A stretch of DNA of 64,000 nt from Cyanobacteriota bacterium. Lineage in GTDB: Bacteria; Cyanobacteriota; Cyanobacteriia; Cyanobacteriales; Nostocaceae. The notes under the pieces were generated by a model that was given only the letters and a program-made list of their open reading frames with translations, was not told where the DNA came from and searched no databases. Position 1 is the first letter of the stretch. Each line of letters begins with the position of its first letter. Shown here piece after piece: positions 28,924 to 40,166 of the stretch. The DNA is taken from contig JBJOKS010000022.1 of NCBI GenBank assembly GCA_046045965.1, positions 49,224-113,223 of the forward strand. The letters run 5' to 3'. Made by a program: the position numbers and the translations under genes.

Positions 28924-30222
28924 TTACAGACTGGAAAGCACTTCTTTTGCAGCTGCTAAGGTTTGCTCAATATCTTCATCTGTGTGAGCTAAAGAGGTAA
29001 ACCCAGCCTCAAACTGAGATGGTGCTAAGTAAATACCACGCTCTAACATCCCCCGATGGAATCTGCCAAACTTCACGGTGTCAGCTTTTTTCGCATCTTC
29101 ATAGTTATGAACTGGACCTGCGGTGAAGAATAAGCCAAACATGGCGCTGATACTACCACCACAAGCTGCATGACCAGTTTCTTGAGCAATTTTTAGCAAA
29201 CCATCAGCCAGTTTCTTAGTTATCCGTTCTAGGTACTCGTAGCTACCGGGTTTTTGCAGTAATTCCAAGGTTTTAATTCCCGCAGTCATAGCTAGGGGAT
29301 TTCCAGAAAGAGTCCCAGCTTGATATACAGGACCTGCGGGAGCAACCATTGACATAATATCACGGCGACCACCATAGGCTCCCACTGGTAAGCCACCACC
29401 GATGACTTTACCCATTGTGGTTAAATCAGGGGTGATGCCAAATTTCTCTTGAGCGCCACCGTAAGCAATACGGAAGCCGGTCATTACTTCATCAAATACT
29501 AATAAAGCTCCATGTTCGTGGGTAAGTTCCCGCAAACCTTCTAAAAAGCCAGCATCGGGAGTAATAAAGCCAGCATTACCAACTACTGGTTCGAGAATGA
29601 CACCAGCAATTTCGTCGCGGTTTTGCTCAAATAAAACTTTGACAGCTTCCAAATCATTGTAAGGCGCTGTTAATGTATCGCTAGTTGCAGCTTTGGGAAC
29701 TCCAGGGGAGTCAGGTAAACCCAGTGTAGCTACACCAGAACCTGCTTTGACCAGGAACATATCAGCGTGTCCGTGATAGCAACCTTCAAATTTGATGATT
29801 TTATCTCGTTTGGTGAAAGCTCGCATTAACCGCAGTACGGCCATACAAGCTTCGGTTCCAGAGTTGACAAATCTTACCATTTCGATGCTAGGAACTGCAT
29901 CTATTACCATTTCTGCGAGGACGTTTTCTAACGCACAGGGAGCGCCAAAGCTTGTACCTTTTTCTAAAGCTGTATGTAGTGCGCTGATAACTTCTGGATG
30001 AGCGTGACCACAAATAGCCGGTCCCCAAGTACCAACATAATCAATGTATTTGTTACCATCCACATCCCAAATATATGCGCCATTAACGCGATCAAATACT
30101 ATAGGTTGTCCACCGACGGATTTAAAAGCACGTACTGGAGAACTAACGCCTCCTGGCATCAGGTTTTGAGCAGCTGCAAAGATTTCTTGTGATTTTGTGG
30201 TTTTAATTGTGGTGTTTACCAA
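28924..30222 (-). CDS. hemL: Glutamate-1-semialdehyde 2,1-aminomutase
   Basis: [35 protein letters not shown]. Confidence 0.97.
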   Translation of the reverse strand: MVNTTIKTTKSQEIFAAAQNLMPGGVSSPVRAFKSVGGQPIVFDRVNGAYIWDVDGNKYIDYVGTWGPAICGHAHPEVISALHTALEKGTSFGAPCALENVLAEMVIDAVPSIEMVRFVNSGTEACMAVLRLMRAFTKRDKIIKFEGCYHGHADMFLVKAGSGVATLGLPDSPGVPKAATSDTLTAPYNDLEAVKVLFEQNRDEIAGVILEPVVGNAGFITPDAGFLEGLRELTHEHGALLVFDEVMTGFRIAYGGAQEKFGITPDLTTMGKVIGGGLPVGAYGGRRDIMSMVAPAGPVYQAGTLSGNPLAMTAGIKTLELLQKPGSYEYLERITKKLADGLLKIAQETGHAACGGSISAMFGLFFTAGPVHNYEDAKKADTVKFGRFHRGMLERGIYLAPSQFEAGFTSLAHTDEDIEQTLAAAKEVLSSL

Positions 30223-30570
30223 GGTTATCTCCTATAGGTGGTAATTAAATTGAGCTTCTATTTGAGGATAAGACAAAATCAGGCTGAAAGTGTCTATGCT
30301 CACATAATTGGGGTTTGCTGTAACTTTTGTTGCTGTTGTGATTTCTGTAATTTCTGAGATCCGGCATAGGCATAAAAGTTTTTTTATTGAGGCAAGGATC
30401 AGGGTAAAAAATTATATAATTTTTCAGTGAAGCCACTAGACTAAAATGTTCTTTTTTTTACAATACAGTCAATAAGGGAATGCTTAGGTGTTCAAGTTGC
30501 TTTCTGGACTGGAAATCACCTGTTGCTGTCTCTGATAGATGTGATTTGCAAACAGTAAAAAAAGGACAAC

Positions 30571-31218
30571 GTGATGAAATTATCTCGGATTTTCCCATTG
30601 GTGGTTGGTGGTGCTGTGGCTGGTATGGTGGTTAGTGGTGCATCTCCAGCGCAAGCACTGGAATTTGTCACTAATGGAGATTTTGAATCTGGTTTGACTG
30701 GATGGACGAGTGTTGGTTGGACTTTTTTGAATGCGAGTGATATCGGAGGTGTCGGAGGCAACTTTTCTGGTATCGCTGATACAGGTGCTAGTAGCAGTTC
30801 TCCAGCCAATTTATCGCAAACTATCAGCGGTCTAGTTGTGGGACAGACCTATAACTTTAGTTTTGACTATTTTACGGAGCAGAGTGAACCAAATGGTATT
30901 ATAGCCACACTGGGGTCTACGACTCTGGCCTCTCTCATTAATACCACTCCAGCTGCTTTCACCACCTTTTCCACCAGTTTTGTAGCCTCACAAACCTCAG
31001 CTACATTAAATTTCCAAGGTTACAATGATCCTTCTTTTACTTCTTTAGACAACGTATCTTTGACCGGTGCTGCTGCTGCTCCAGTACCCTTCGACGTTCC
31101 TGGTGGTGCAACTATTCCTACAGTCGGTTCTCTGTTTGCACTAGGATTGATGAGACAAGCTAAAAAGCGGTTAGCATTAAAAAAACTTGTTGTTAATTCT
31201 GGGGAGACTGTTGTTTAA
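30571..31218 (+). CDS. Secreted protein with PEP-CTERM-like sorting tail (VPFDVPGG variant) and CBM/DUF642-like domain
   Basis: Signal peptide ending PAQA; NGDFESG..GW, LDNVSL; tail PVPFDVPGGATIPTVGSLFALGLMRQAKKR. Confidence 0.75.
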   Translation: MMKLSRIFPLVVGGAVAGMVVSGASPAQALEFVTNGDFESGLTGWTSVGWTFLNASDIGGVGGNFSGIADTGASSSSPANLSQTISGLVVGQTYNFSFDYFTEQSEPNGIIATLGSTTLASLINTTPAAFTTFSTSFVASQTSATLNFQGYNDPSFTSLDNVSLTGAAAAPVPFDVPGGATIPTVGSLFALGLMRQAKKRLALKKLVVNSGETVV

Positions 31219-31221
31219 TTT

Positions 31222-31975
31222 TGTCTGAATCAGGATGTCCAGGATTTAAGGATTTTCAGGATGGTTTATTAGGGTGCGTTAGATGTTTAAGAGTTTGACG
31301 CACTTTATTAATTGTCTGCATCAGGATGTCCAGGATTTAAGGATTTTCAGGATGTTGATTTTGTCTGCATCAGGATGTCCAGGATTTAAGGATTTTCAGG
31401 ATGGTTTATTAGGGTGCGTTGGATATTTAAGAATATGTTTGAGGCACTTTATAAACTGTCTGAATCAGGATGTCCAGGATTTAAGGATTTACAGGATGTT
31501 TTATTAGGGTGCGTTTGATATTTAAGAATATGTTTATTGACATTATGTATATATAGCAATCCGATTTGAGTTATGAACAAATAGTACAAATAATTTGGTA
31601 AGGTTAGGATACTCAAAGCCTTAATCTAATTCGATTTACGTCAATAGTAACTATGATCTAATCGTTCTATAATCATTTAGGATTTCTATAGTTTAAATTA
31701 GCATCAGTTAAACTACAGATAAAACCCTATAAGAAATATTGTTGATTCTCATATTTTACGTTTATTATTATTTCTTAATTACTAAAATCTTGATGTTAAG
31801 CAAAAAACCCTATCCTGTAAATCCTCTAATCATGGAAATCCTGATTCAGACAAAAATTCCTAACTTCTAAAATTACGATGTTTGAAAAAAACCATCCCGA
31901 AAATCCTTTAATCCTGGACATCCTGATTCAGACAAAATACCACATCCTGAAAATCCTGAAAATCCTGATTCTGAC
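31222..31975. repeat. Mosaic of 42-bp repeats (4 forward, 3 reverse) with REP-like spacers
   Basis: TGTCTG(A/C)ATCAGGATGTCCAGGATTTAAGGATTTTCAGGATG at about 31222, 31313, 31362 and 31457; inverted copies at about 31811, 31893 and 31943 (last one shortened). Confidence 0.9.
31552..31690. mobile_element. MITE-like element (TATAGCAATCC family)
   Basis: Imperfect TIRs TATAGCAATCCGATTTGAGTTATGAAC and GTTCTATAATCATTTAGGATTTCTATA. Confidence 0.7.
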
Positions 31976-32100
31976 GAATTATATGATTAAACGCAGATAA
32001 ACGCAGATAAACGCAGATTTTTAATTTTTAATTTTTAATTTTTTTAAGGAATGATATCTTAAAACCATTAATCATTCTTAATTAGAGAAAATAATCTGAT

Positions 32101-32751
32101 ATGTCTTCTTCTGAACTGCGATCGCTCACATCTGCCATTCCTGTAGAGAAAATCCGTTATGATGACAAAGGTTTAGTACCGGCAATTATTCAGGATCATC
32201 TAGATGGTACTGTGTTAATGATGGCCTGGATGAATCAGGAATCTCTACAAAAGACTTTGGAAACTGGAGAAACTTGGTTTTGGAGTCGTTCCCGTCAGGA
32301 GTTTTGGCATAAAGGTGCTACTTCTGGTCATATTCAGAAGGTGCAGACTATCCGTTATGATTGTGATAGTGATGCTTTACTAATTGGTGTGGAGCAGTTG
32401 GGAGATATTGCTTGTCATACCGGGGAACGTAGTTGTTTTCACCAGGTTGATGGGAAAGTGACACCACCACCAGGAGATATGTTATCACAGCTTTTCCAGG
32501 TGATATGCGATCGCCGTGATCATCCCAATGAAAGTTCTTATACTTGTAAATTATTGGCAGGTGGTGATAATAAGATTTTGAAAAAGATTGGTGAGGAAAG
32601 CGCCGAGGTAGTCATGGCGTGTAAAGATGATGATGCTGATGCGATCGCAGGTGAAGTTGCAGACTTGTTTTATCATACTCTTGTCGCTCTGGCACATCAT
32701 CAAGTTGATTTAAAAGCTGTATATCGTAAATTGCAAGAACGCAGGAAATAG
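32101..32751 (+). CDS. hisIE: Bifunctional phosphoribosyl-AMP cyclohydrolase / phosphoribosyl-ATP pyrophosphatase
   Basis: [37 protein letters not shown]. Confidence 0.96.
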   Translation: MSSSELRSLTSAIPVEKIRYDDKGLVPAIIQDHLDGTVLMMAWMNQESLQKTLETGETWFWSRSRQEFWHKGATSGHIQKVQTIRYDCDSDALLIGVEQLGDIACHTGERSCFHQVDGKVTPPPGDMLSQLFQVICDRRDHPNESSYTCKLLAGGDNKILKKIGEESAEVVMACKDDDADAIAGEVADLFYHTLVALAHHQVDLKAVYRKLQERRK

Positions 32752-32833
32752 GCAGGGGAGCAGGGGAGCAAGGGAGCAGGGGAGCAGAGGAGAAATATTT
32801 ATCTTTCTTTTGCTATTCCCTGTCACCTGTCAC

Positions 32834-34546
32834 CTAAAATGTAAACGTAGTACGGAGTACACCTACAGCGGTGGTTTGGTTGTTGCTATTACCTTCAGGG
32901 TTAAACAGGACAAACGCACCAGGGGTAATACTCACATTGTCATTAATCCGAAAACGATAATAACCTTCTAGATGGTAAGGTGTTGCTCTAGCTGGTTCTG
33001 GAACTGAATCACTGCTATAAAGAGGTTGTCCAAAAAGCAACCCAGCAGTATTACCTTGTTTAAGCAGATCCTTAAAATGCAAACCTACCATCCAACTGCT
33101 GAAAGTTGTAGAAGCTTCAACAGTAGGAGAATCTACAAATATAGCAGCACCGTAACCAGAAAAGGCTACTTTCGGCGAAAATCTCCAGGTTACTGTTCCA
33201 CCAACAGAGTTCAGATTTACAGGTGTTCCTAGAGGTAAACCTGGTAAAGCACCAATGTCACTACTGGTTAAACCAGTACCTAAAATATTAATCTCGTGAT
33301 AACTATTGGCGTAGTTTAATCCTACATCTATGGAATTAGTAGGTTTAAAAGTCAGTTGGGTTGAAATTACGCTACTACCACCAAATACACCAGAACCCAA
33401 AGGTGTACTACCGTCGCTTTGAGGAATGTTGGCATTCACACTAGCATACAAAGCTCTTAAATCCAGTTTTGGGGAAAAACTATAAATAAAACCCGCCGCA
33501 GATGCTAAACCAGTACCAGAAGTACCACCAGAAACGCGAACAACAGGGTTTAAGTTACCAAAACGAGAAATTGATTCTTGTCCTTCTCCATAAAAGGGTG
33601 TAATAGCTGGAAAAGCATCAGAAACTTCCGCCGCAGTTCCCGCAAATAAGGTTAATTTCTCCGCAACTGGGAAAATATACAGCAGTTTATAAAGTTCCAG
33701 TGAGTTTGCACCAACTGGAGTTAAAGTTTTTACGTCAACTCCAGGAAATTGCGGTTCAAAGCCTGTCCGCGCACTGCTGGAACTCAGTAATGGTGATGCT
33801 AATCCTAAACTATTTTGCAGACTACCAGCACCAGTGACACCTCCCAAGAAATTATGAGCTTGTAACCCGGTAATTAGTAAGTCTTTACCTGTAAAGCTGG
33901 TGGTGAGGTTTAAGCGGACTCGGTTGGTGAGGATGATGTTAGGGTTATCCTGACCGGTAGCACCTCCTGTAGCACCAATAGCGGCGATAATGGCTTCACC
34001 GCTTAATTTGGTTGTGGTAGAAAATCTATTGGCTTCTATTTCAGCAGTACGAGCTTCTAAAGCATCAACTCTACCCCTAATGGTTGCAAGTTCGGCTGAA
34101 AAATCTTCTTGCAGTTTTTGGAGAGTGGTTAAATCTTGTTTTGTTAATGAATCTCCTGTAGCTGTAGCAATTAATTCGTTAACTCTGTCTAAACAAGCAT
34201 TTAAACCAGCTGCAAATTCATAGCGAGTCAACGCACGGTTGCCGCGATATGTGCCGTTTGGATACCCAGCAATACAACCATATCGCTCAACTAAAGATTG
34301 TAATGCACCAAAAGCCCAATCCCCAGGTTGTACGTCTGAAAGTTGGGATACAGATGTTACTTGTTCTATTGGTTCTGATGCTAGAACTAGGGGTGATGAT
34401 GTGGATAAATCAGCACTTTGTTGTTTTTGATTGACAGTTGGTGCATCCTGTGGCGGGCTATTAACAGCTATAGCCTGTACAGGCAAAAATCCAGAGAGTA
34501 AGCTGAGTAAAACTACTCTATGATAATTCAGTAAATTTACTTTCAT
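32834..34546 (-). CDS. SLH-domain outer-membrane porin (OprB-like / iron uptake porin family)
   Basis: QVTSVSQLSDVQP.DWAF.ALQSLVERYGCIAGYP, FSTTTKL, C-terminal LRTTFTF. Confidence 0.93.
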   Translation of the reverse strand: MKVNLLNYHRVVLLSLLSGFLPVQAIAVNSPPQDAPTVNQKQQSADLSTSSPLVLASEPIEQVTSVSQLSDVQPGDWAFGALQSLVERYGCIAGYPNGTYRGNRALTRYEFAAGLNACLDRVNELIATATGDSLTKQDLTTLQKLQEDFSAELATIRGRVDALEARTAEIEANRFSTTTKLSGEAIIAAIGATGGATGQDNPNIILTNRVRLNLTTSFTGKDLLITGLQAHNFLGGVTGAGSLQNSLGLASPLLSSSSARTGFEPQFPGVDVKTLTPVGANSLELYKLLYIFPVAEKLTLFAGTAAEVSDAFPAITPFYGEGQESISRFGNLNPVVRVSGGTSGTGLASAAGFIYSFSPKLDLRALYASVNANIPQSDGSTPLGSGVFGGSSVISTQLTFKPTNSIDVGLNYANSYHEINILGTGLTSSDIGALPGLPLGTPVNLNSVGGTVTWRFSPKVAFSGYGAAIFVDSPTVEASTTFSSWMVGLHFKDLLKQGNTAGLLFGQPLYSSDSVPEPARATPYHLEGYYRFRINDNVSITPGAFVLFNPEGNSNNQTTAVGVLRTTFTF

Positions 34547-34652
34547 GGTGACTCCTCACAGCTAAATTTTCATTGAATATTTCCAAGCAAAAGCTAGGAT
34601 GGCTCTAGTTTTGCCACAATCAGAACTTGGTGATGAGAATAAATTTTGTTTG

Positions 34653-34666
34653 GTAGCTGTAATTAC
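34653..34666. promoter_or_regulatory. Possible NtcA site GTA-N8-TAC upstream of the porin
   Basis: GTAGCTGTAATTAC about 107 bp upstream of the start; no well-spaced -10 element seen. Confidence 0.3.
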
Positions 34667-35331
34667 TGGTTAAAAATTTGTTACCAGATTATTTAGTAAT
34701 TATATTAAATAACACTTGTATCAAAAATGGTTGCAAACAATTGTTAAGAATTTTCGTACTTATTTGAAAACGAACAATCTTAATTTTCAGTATAACCGTG
34801 CATCCGGTGAGAATTTTGCCTTTGAAAACTCAGTCACCTATTACCAATACCTTTTACGGCTGGATTTTGAATTTTGAGTTATTTTGTTAGCAAACCTTGA
34901 CATTTTTGTAATTCTTATCATTAGCTGCAATTATCCTCTTTGATTCCACAGAGTTTCCACAGGCATTTTACTAGTTTTCCACAGATGCTCTACGAATTAA
35001 TCAAGTCTTGCTGGGTTACTGGGGATTTTATGCTTTCATCAGTTAACAAAATCATTAACTGAGTTTTTGTTAAGTTAAGTAACAGAAAATTGCTTATAAC
35101 CCTTATTCTTTCGTGAGTATTTATTTTTTGTCTCCTAATTTTTAACATTTCGCAGCATTGACAAACCCACCCTCTCTGAGCGCACAATGATTCGGCTTGC
35201 TTTTTTATTCTGTTCCAGTATGAGCATCAATTTTGGACAGTGGCCTCAGATATTAGCGCGGATGATAGGGCTGGTGACAATACTGGAGAGCAAGCAACAT
35301 CTCTTGATAGACCATATAGAAGGGAGATCTT

Positions 35332-35529
35332 ATGAACACAACAGTTAGTATCTTTACAGTGATTCCCGAAGCACTCCACGAATCCCTAAAAAACTACCTA
35401 GAAACTCATCCTGACTGGGATCAAACACGAGTATTGACTGCGGCGCTATCGCTGTTTTTGCTCCAAAATGGAGAGAGCGATCGCCAAGCGGCTCGTATCT
35501 ACTTAGAAACTTTATTTTATCAATGCTAA
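35332..35529 (+). CDS. DUF2811 family protein
   Basis: IPEALHESLKNYLETHPDWDQ.RV..AALSLFLLQNG. Confidence 0.85.
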   Translation: MNTTVSIFTVIPEALHESLKNYLETHPDWDQTRVLTAALSLFLLQNGESDRQAARIYLETLFYQC

Positions 35530-35586
35530 GTAGAAATGATTAGGGAGAGGGGCAGATGGGGAGATGAAGACTAGGAAAAAATTCTT

Positions 35587-35645
35587 ACCCTACACCCTAC
35601 ACCCTACACCCTACACCCTACACCCTACACCCTACACCCTACACC
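35587..35645. repeat. STRR (ACCCTAC)n overlapping the response regulator stop codon
   Basis: Tandem heptamers. Confidence 0.9.
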
Positions 35646-36352
35646 TGGTCTTCTTGTGGCTCAGTAGTACATTCAAACTTGTAACCTACACCGCGTACAG
35701 TCTGAATTAATGCTGGTTGACTAGCATCAATTTCAATTTTCTTGCGAATTTGACCGATGTGAACATCAACAACTCGCTGATCGCCTACATATTCATAGTC
35801 CCAAACCTCTTGTATAAGTTCTGCTCGCCGCCAAACTCGACCTGGATGACTGGCTAAAAAATGTAACAAATCAAATTCTAAAGCAGTCAACGGTACTGGT
35901 TCGTCATTAAGTGTTACTTCCCTACGAACCGGATCAATCATCAGCTTGGTAAAAATGAGGCGTTTTTGTTCGGCAGTAGTAACCACCCGCTGTCGCCTTA
36001 AAATCGCTGCCACTCTGACCTCTAGCTCTCCCAAACCAAACGGCTTGGTGAGATAATCATCAGCGCCTTTAGAAAAACCGCGAATTTTATCGGCTTCATC
36101 TGTGCGACTCGTGAGCATCAGCACAAAAACACCATTCCGGCTTTGCATTTCTTGGCACAGGTTAAAGCCAATGGCATCTGGTAAATTTACATCTAGAATT
36201 ACCAAGTCTGGGTTAAATTGCTCAAAAACAGCTAAGGCAGCCTTACCATCTTCAGCAGCTTCTACTTGATAGTTCTGTTTGATCAAAAAGCGTTGGATTA
36301 AATTCCGAACGGCTGGGTCGTCATCAACTACAAGAATCTTGGCGGGAGCCAT
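35639..36352 (-). CDS. OmpR-family response regulator
   Basis: ILVVDDD, LVILDVNLP, GADDYLTKPF, VDVHIGQIRKK, TVRGVGY. Confidence 0.93.
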   Translation of the reverse strand: MAPAKILVVDDDPAVRNLIQRFLIKQNYQVEAAEDGKAALAVFEQFNPDLVILDVNLPDAIGFNLCQEMQSRNGVFVLMLTSRTDEADKIRGFSKGADDYLTKPFGLGELEVRVAAILRRQRVVTTAEQKRLIFTKLMIDPVRREVTLNDEPVPLTALEFDLLHFLASHPGRVWRRAELIQEVWDYEYVGDQRVVDVHIGQIRKKIEIDASQPALIQTVRGVGYKFECTTEPQEDQV

Positions 36353-36937
36353 GACCATTACTTTGCACAAAAATTCATTATGATTAACGGGGGAATTGCG
36401 TAGGAACGCATTTTCAACTTTGGCGGTACTTAAGAATCTACAAGGTGTAGGTACGAGTATCCTGATTGTTCAAATAAACTGTAATTACAATTATGAACGA
36501 TGTTGGCACTAATCTTCTGTTCATCAGTCCGGTGCTTAAGTATATCACTATATACATCCAGAGATTGTTTGGACTCAGTTTGTAGCTTTTTGTTTAAATT
36601 TGGATAATGTGTACTCGGTGGAACAGCAATTTAAAACGTTCTAATTGTAAATCAATATGCAAATTTATACCATAAAATAAATAAGGTAATTATAATTCGG
36701 GGATAAAACTCTAATTGCTAAACCATAGGGGAATATATGTTTTGCAATACTGTGTGATGACAATATGTTAAAGTAACTGAAGTGAAAATTCTTGGGTCGA
36801 ACCAACTCAGCCGTGCTAATATCCTGATTAAAGGATAATAATCGGCCGAACCCATTGTTTCGATTACAATAAAAAATAAGGTTGTTTTTTCTTCAACAAA
36901 AGACTGCCGCTTACTAAGGCCGAAGTAATAAACTGCC

Positions 36938-37564
36938 ATGAGCGATCAAAATCCCTACGAAAAACTTGGGGTATCAGAAGATGCTAGCTTCGATGAAATT
37001 CAGGATGCTCGCAATCGCCTGTTGGAGCAACATGGTGGTGACGGCAAGGGTCGAGAATTGATTGAAGCAGCTTATGATGCGATTCTAATGGATCGCTTAC
37101 GAATGCGCCAAGAAGGTAAAATTAAAGTACCAGAGCGTATCCGCTTTCCAGAGATGCGAGTCCCATCTCCACAGAAAGAAAGCCCCGTTCCTCGTGAGCA
37201 GTCACCTGCATGGCTGCAACGAATGTTAGATCAACCAAGTCTACCAGATATACTCTTACCAGCAGCTTGGTATCTGGGGTTAAGTGCCATCAGTGTATTT
37301 GTTCCTGCTGCAAGCGATCAGGTTTTGCAACTGGGATTGGTGGTTGGGGTTGGAGTTAGTATTTATTTTCTCAACCGCAAGGAAAACAAATTTGGTCGAG
37401 CAGTTTTGTTCACCCTAGCAAGTCTAATTATAGGCTTAATAGTTGGGGGACTGATTGCTACTTGGGTATTACAACAATTACCGTTTATCAACATCACACC
37501 AAATCAGTTTTCTACGGTGCTGACGTTTATCTTGATGTGGTTAATTAGCAGCTTTCTGCGTTGA
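36938..37564 (+). CDS. CPP1-like (DUF3353) J-like domain membrane protein
   Basis: NPYEKLGVSEDASFDEIQ..IEAAYDAILMDRL. Confidence 0.88.
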   Translation: MSDQNPYEKLGVSEDASFDEIQDARNRLLEQHGGDGKGRELIEAAYDAILMDRLRMRQEGKIKVPERIRFPEMRVPSPQKESPVPREQSPAWLQRMLDQPSLPDILLPAAWYLGLSAISVFVPAASDQVLQLGLVVGVGVSIYFLNRKENKFGRAVLFTLASLIIGLIVGGLIATWVLQQLPFINITPNQFSTVLTFILMWLISSFLR

Positions 37565-37670
37565 TAAGGCAAGAGGCAAGAGGCAAGAGGCAAAAGGTAA
37601 GAGGCAAGAAAAAAATTAATTCTAAACTCCTTTCCTGACTCCTGACTCCTGCTGAATTGTAAAACATATT

Positions 37671-40166
37671 TCACCCGATGGGATAAACCAACTCCCTGAC
37701 ACTATGAGCAGAATCTTGCTGTAATGCTACAGATGCGATCGCTTGAGCTTCTGTGATGGTTAAATGTGAAATTGCCTGTTTAAGTGGGGCGATCGCTTGG
37801 GGATTGACACTTAACTCATCTAATCCTAAACCTAATAAAATGGGTGCTACTAAGGTTTCTGCTGCGACTTCTCCACATAATCCTACCCAAATATTAGCAG
37901 CGTGGGCAGCTTGGACAGTTTGCTGAATCATTCGTAATACCGGAGGTTGCAAGGCATCAGCTAAAGTTGCTACTCTAGGGTTAGTGCGATCGCCAGCCAT
38001 CACATACTGACTCAAATCATTTGTACCAATACTAAAAAAGTCCACTTCCCGCGCTAACTGATCAGCGATCGCTACCGCTGCGGGTGTTTCGATCATCATC
38101 CCCACTTTGATATTTTCATCAAAAGCTATAGCAGCTTGTCGCAGTTCTTCCTGTACCTGATTTAAAATTGTTTTAGCTGCTCGTAATTCTGTTAAAGTGG
38201 CAATCATCGGCCACATAATTTTAATATTATTCCCCACACTAGCACGTAAAATTGCCCGTAATTGAGTTTTCAAGAATTGAGGATTTTCTAAACAGAACCG
38301 AATTCCGCGCACACCTAAAAAGGGGTTAGCTTCCGTAACTGGGGAACTCAAATAAGGAAGGTGTTTATCTCCACCTACATCCAGAGTGCGAATAATTAAC
38401 GGACGATGATCCAAAACTTTTGTAATAGCCTGATAAACTTCTAATTGCTCCTGTTCTGTAGGTGCGTTTGTCCTTTCCAAGTACAAGAACTCCGTGCGAA
38501 GCAAACCCACACCTTCTGCACCATGACTTACAGCCGCTTTAGCATCCGCAACACTACCGATATTAGCAAAAACTTTAACGTAACTACCATCACGGGTAAT
38601 TGCTGGTTGATGTGCTTGCTTTCGTGCTTGTGCTTGGGCAATTTTCCAAGCCTCTCGCTTAACTTCCAGTATCTCTAATGTTTCTGGTGCTGGTGCAACC
38701 CACACTTTACCACTTTCGCCATCAAGCGCCATCAAAGTTCCATTTTGCAAGTTTAACACCTGGGCATCTACACCCAAAACCGCAGGAATACCAAGAGTTC
38801 TGGCAATAATAGCACTATGGGAAGTCGCACTACCACAGGTCATGCAGATACCCATGACTTTGGTTGGATCTAGTTTAACGGTATCTGAGGGACTTAAATC
38901 TGTTCCTACCACAATAGATGGTTCTGTCAGTTCCAAGTTGGTGGGAGCATTACCCAGTAATATTCTTAACACCCTCCGCCCGACATCCACCACATCGTCA
39001 ACTCGTTCCTGTAAATAAGCATCCTCTAGTTTGCGGTATGAGTTGGCCACTTCATCCACTACAGCTTGCCAAGCAAATTCCGCATTGAGACGTTCTTGAA
39101 CAATATGCTGACGTGCTGCCTCTAGCATCACCGGATCTGCTAAAAATAGAAGATGAGCATCAAAAATAGCTGCTTCCGCATCACCAATTTGAATAGATGT
39201 GTGGGAGAGTAAAGTTTCTATTTCCTGTTGAGCGACTTGAATAGCAGATTGTAATCTTTGCCACTCTATATTTACATTCTCTATGTAATATTCGGTAAAA
39301 GGAATCACCACAGATTGATAATGAACTAATGGAGCGATCGCCACACCTGGAGAGGCTGGAATTCCCCCTAGTTCGCCCTGGGTAGGTGGGGTAAATTCTT
39401 GGGGAGGTGGTGTTAATTCTACCAGGCTATCATTTTCGCCAAAATTGTGAATAATCAATGTTTGTAAAGCTTGTAGAGCCTCTTGAGCATCAATTCCCGT
39501 GGCAGTAATCAACAATTCATGTCCTTGACGTACTCCCAAGGTGGCGACTTGGTTGATACTGTCACCCCGGACAGCTTCCGTATTTCTCGTTAAATTTTGG
39601 ACTCGAATTTGCGATTGAAACCGGGATGCAGTGGCGACAAATTGGGCAGATGGACGAGCGTGTAAACCTAAGCGGTTACTGACTTTTATTCTTATTTCTC
39701 TGGTTGCAACTTCATTAGTGATGGGGTGGCTACTGACTATTGATAATGGACTACTCACTAAACCTAGTTGTGTTGCTTTTGCGACTAATGCCCCTTGTGC
39801 TTCGGCGATTACTTGCTGAATATTCCTACCAGTAGCAGCAGCGACAGCAGCAGCAATAGCACCTTCAACTAATGGTGCTGCACAGAGATATACTTTTTCT
39901 CGCTGTTCTGGGGGTAGAAACTCCAGAGCCATTTCCGCACTCATTAAAGCACTACCTAAATCCATCAACACGATAACACCATCTTCGGAGAATACGGAGG
40001 CGATCGCTTCATAAACCCGGATCGCATCTGTACCTAGTGGGTTTGCAGGATCATCAATACCTGCTGCAACAGCCAGGGGAACTTTTCCTTGAACCATCTG
40101 TGCAGCTAGTTCTCGTACTCCCAGAGCCAATTGTTTACTGTGCGAAACAATAACAATGCCAACCAC
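37671..40166 (-). CDS. ptsP: Multiphosphoryl transfer protein: DhaM/EIIA-like + HPr + Enzyme I
   Basis: IVIVSHS, DLGSA, GLHARPS, TSHSAIIAR, GLLRTEFLY, SIGTNDLSQY, GLCGE. Confidence 0.92.
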   Translation of the reverse strand: MVGIVIVSHSKQLALGVRELAAQMVQGKVPLAVAAGIDDPANPLGTDAIRVYEAIASVFSEDGVIVLMDLGSALMSAEMALEFLPPEQREKVYLCAAPLVEGAIAAAVAAATGRNIQQVIAEAQGALVAKATQLGLVSSPLSIVSSHPITNEVATREIRIKVSNRLGLHARPSAQFVATASRFQSQIRVQNLTRNTEAVRGDSINQVATLGVRQGHELLITATGIDAQEALQALQTLIIHNFGENDSLVELTPPPQEFTPPTQGELGGIPASPGVAIAPLVHYQSVVIPFTEYYIENVNIEWQRLQSAIQVAQQEIETLLSHTSIQIGDAEAAIFDAHLLFLADPVMLEAARQHIVQERLNAEFAWQAVVDEVANSYRKLEDAYLQERVDDVVDVGRRVLRILLGNAPTNLELTEPSIVVGTDLSPSDTVKLDPTKVMGICMTCGSATSHSAIIARTLGIPAVLGVDAQVLNLQNGTLMALDGESGKVWVAPAPETLEILEVKREAWKIAQAQARKQAHQPAITRDGSYVKVFANIGSVADAKAAVSHGAEGVGLLRTEFLYLERTNAPTEQEQLEVYQAITKVLDHRPLIIRTLDVGGDKHLPYLSSPVTEANPFLGVRGIRFCLENPQFLKTQLRAILRASVGNNIKIMWPMIATLTELRAAKTILNQVQEELRQAAIAFDENIKVGMMIETPAAVAIADQLAREVDFFSIGTNDLSQYVMAGDRTNPRVATLADALQPPVLRMIQQTVQAAHAANIWVGLCGEVAAETLVAPILLGLGLDELSVNPQAIAPLKQAISHLTITEAQAIASVALQQDSAHSVRELVYPIG

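Noticed and set aside
31283..31507. 74-aa ORF
   Set aside because: It is a translation of the repeat mosaic
31222..31530. CRISPR array from the 42-bp repeats
   Set aside because: Spacers are unequal (about 49, 7 and 53 nt) and similar to each other, copies occur in both orientations, and no cas genes are present
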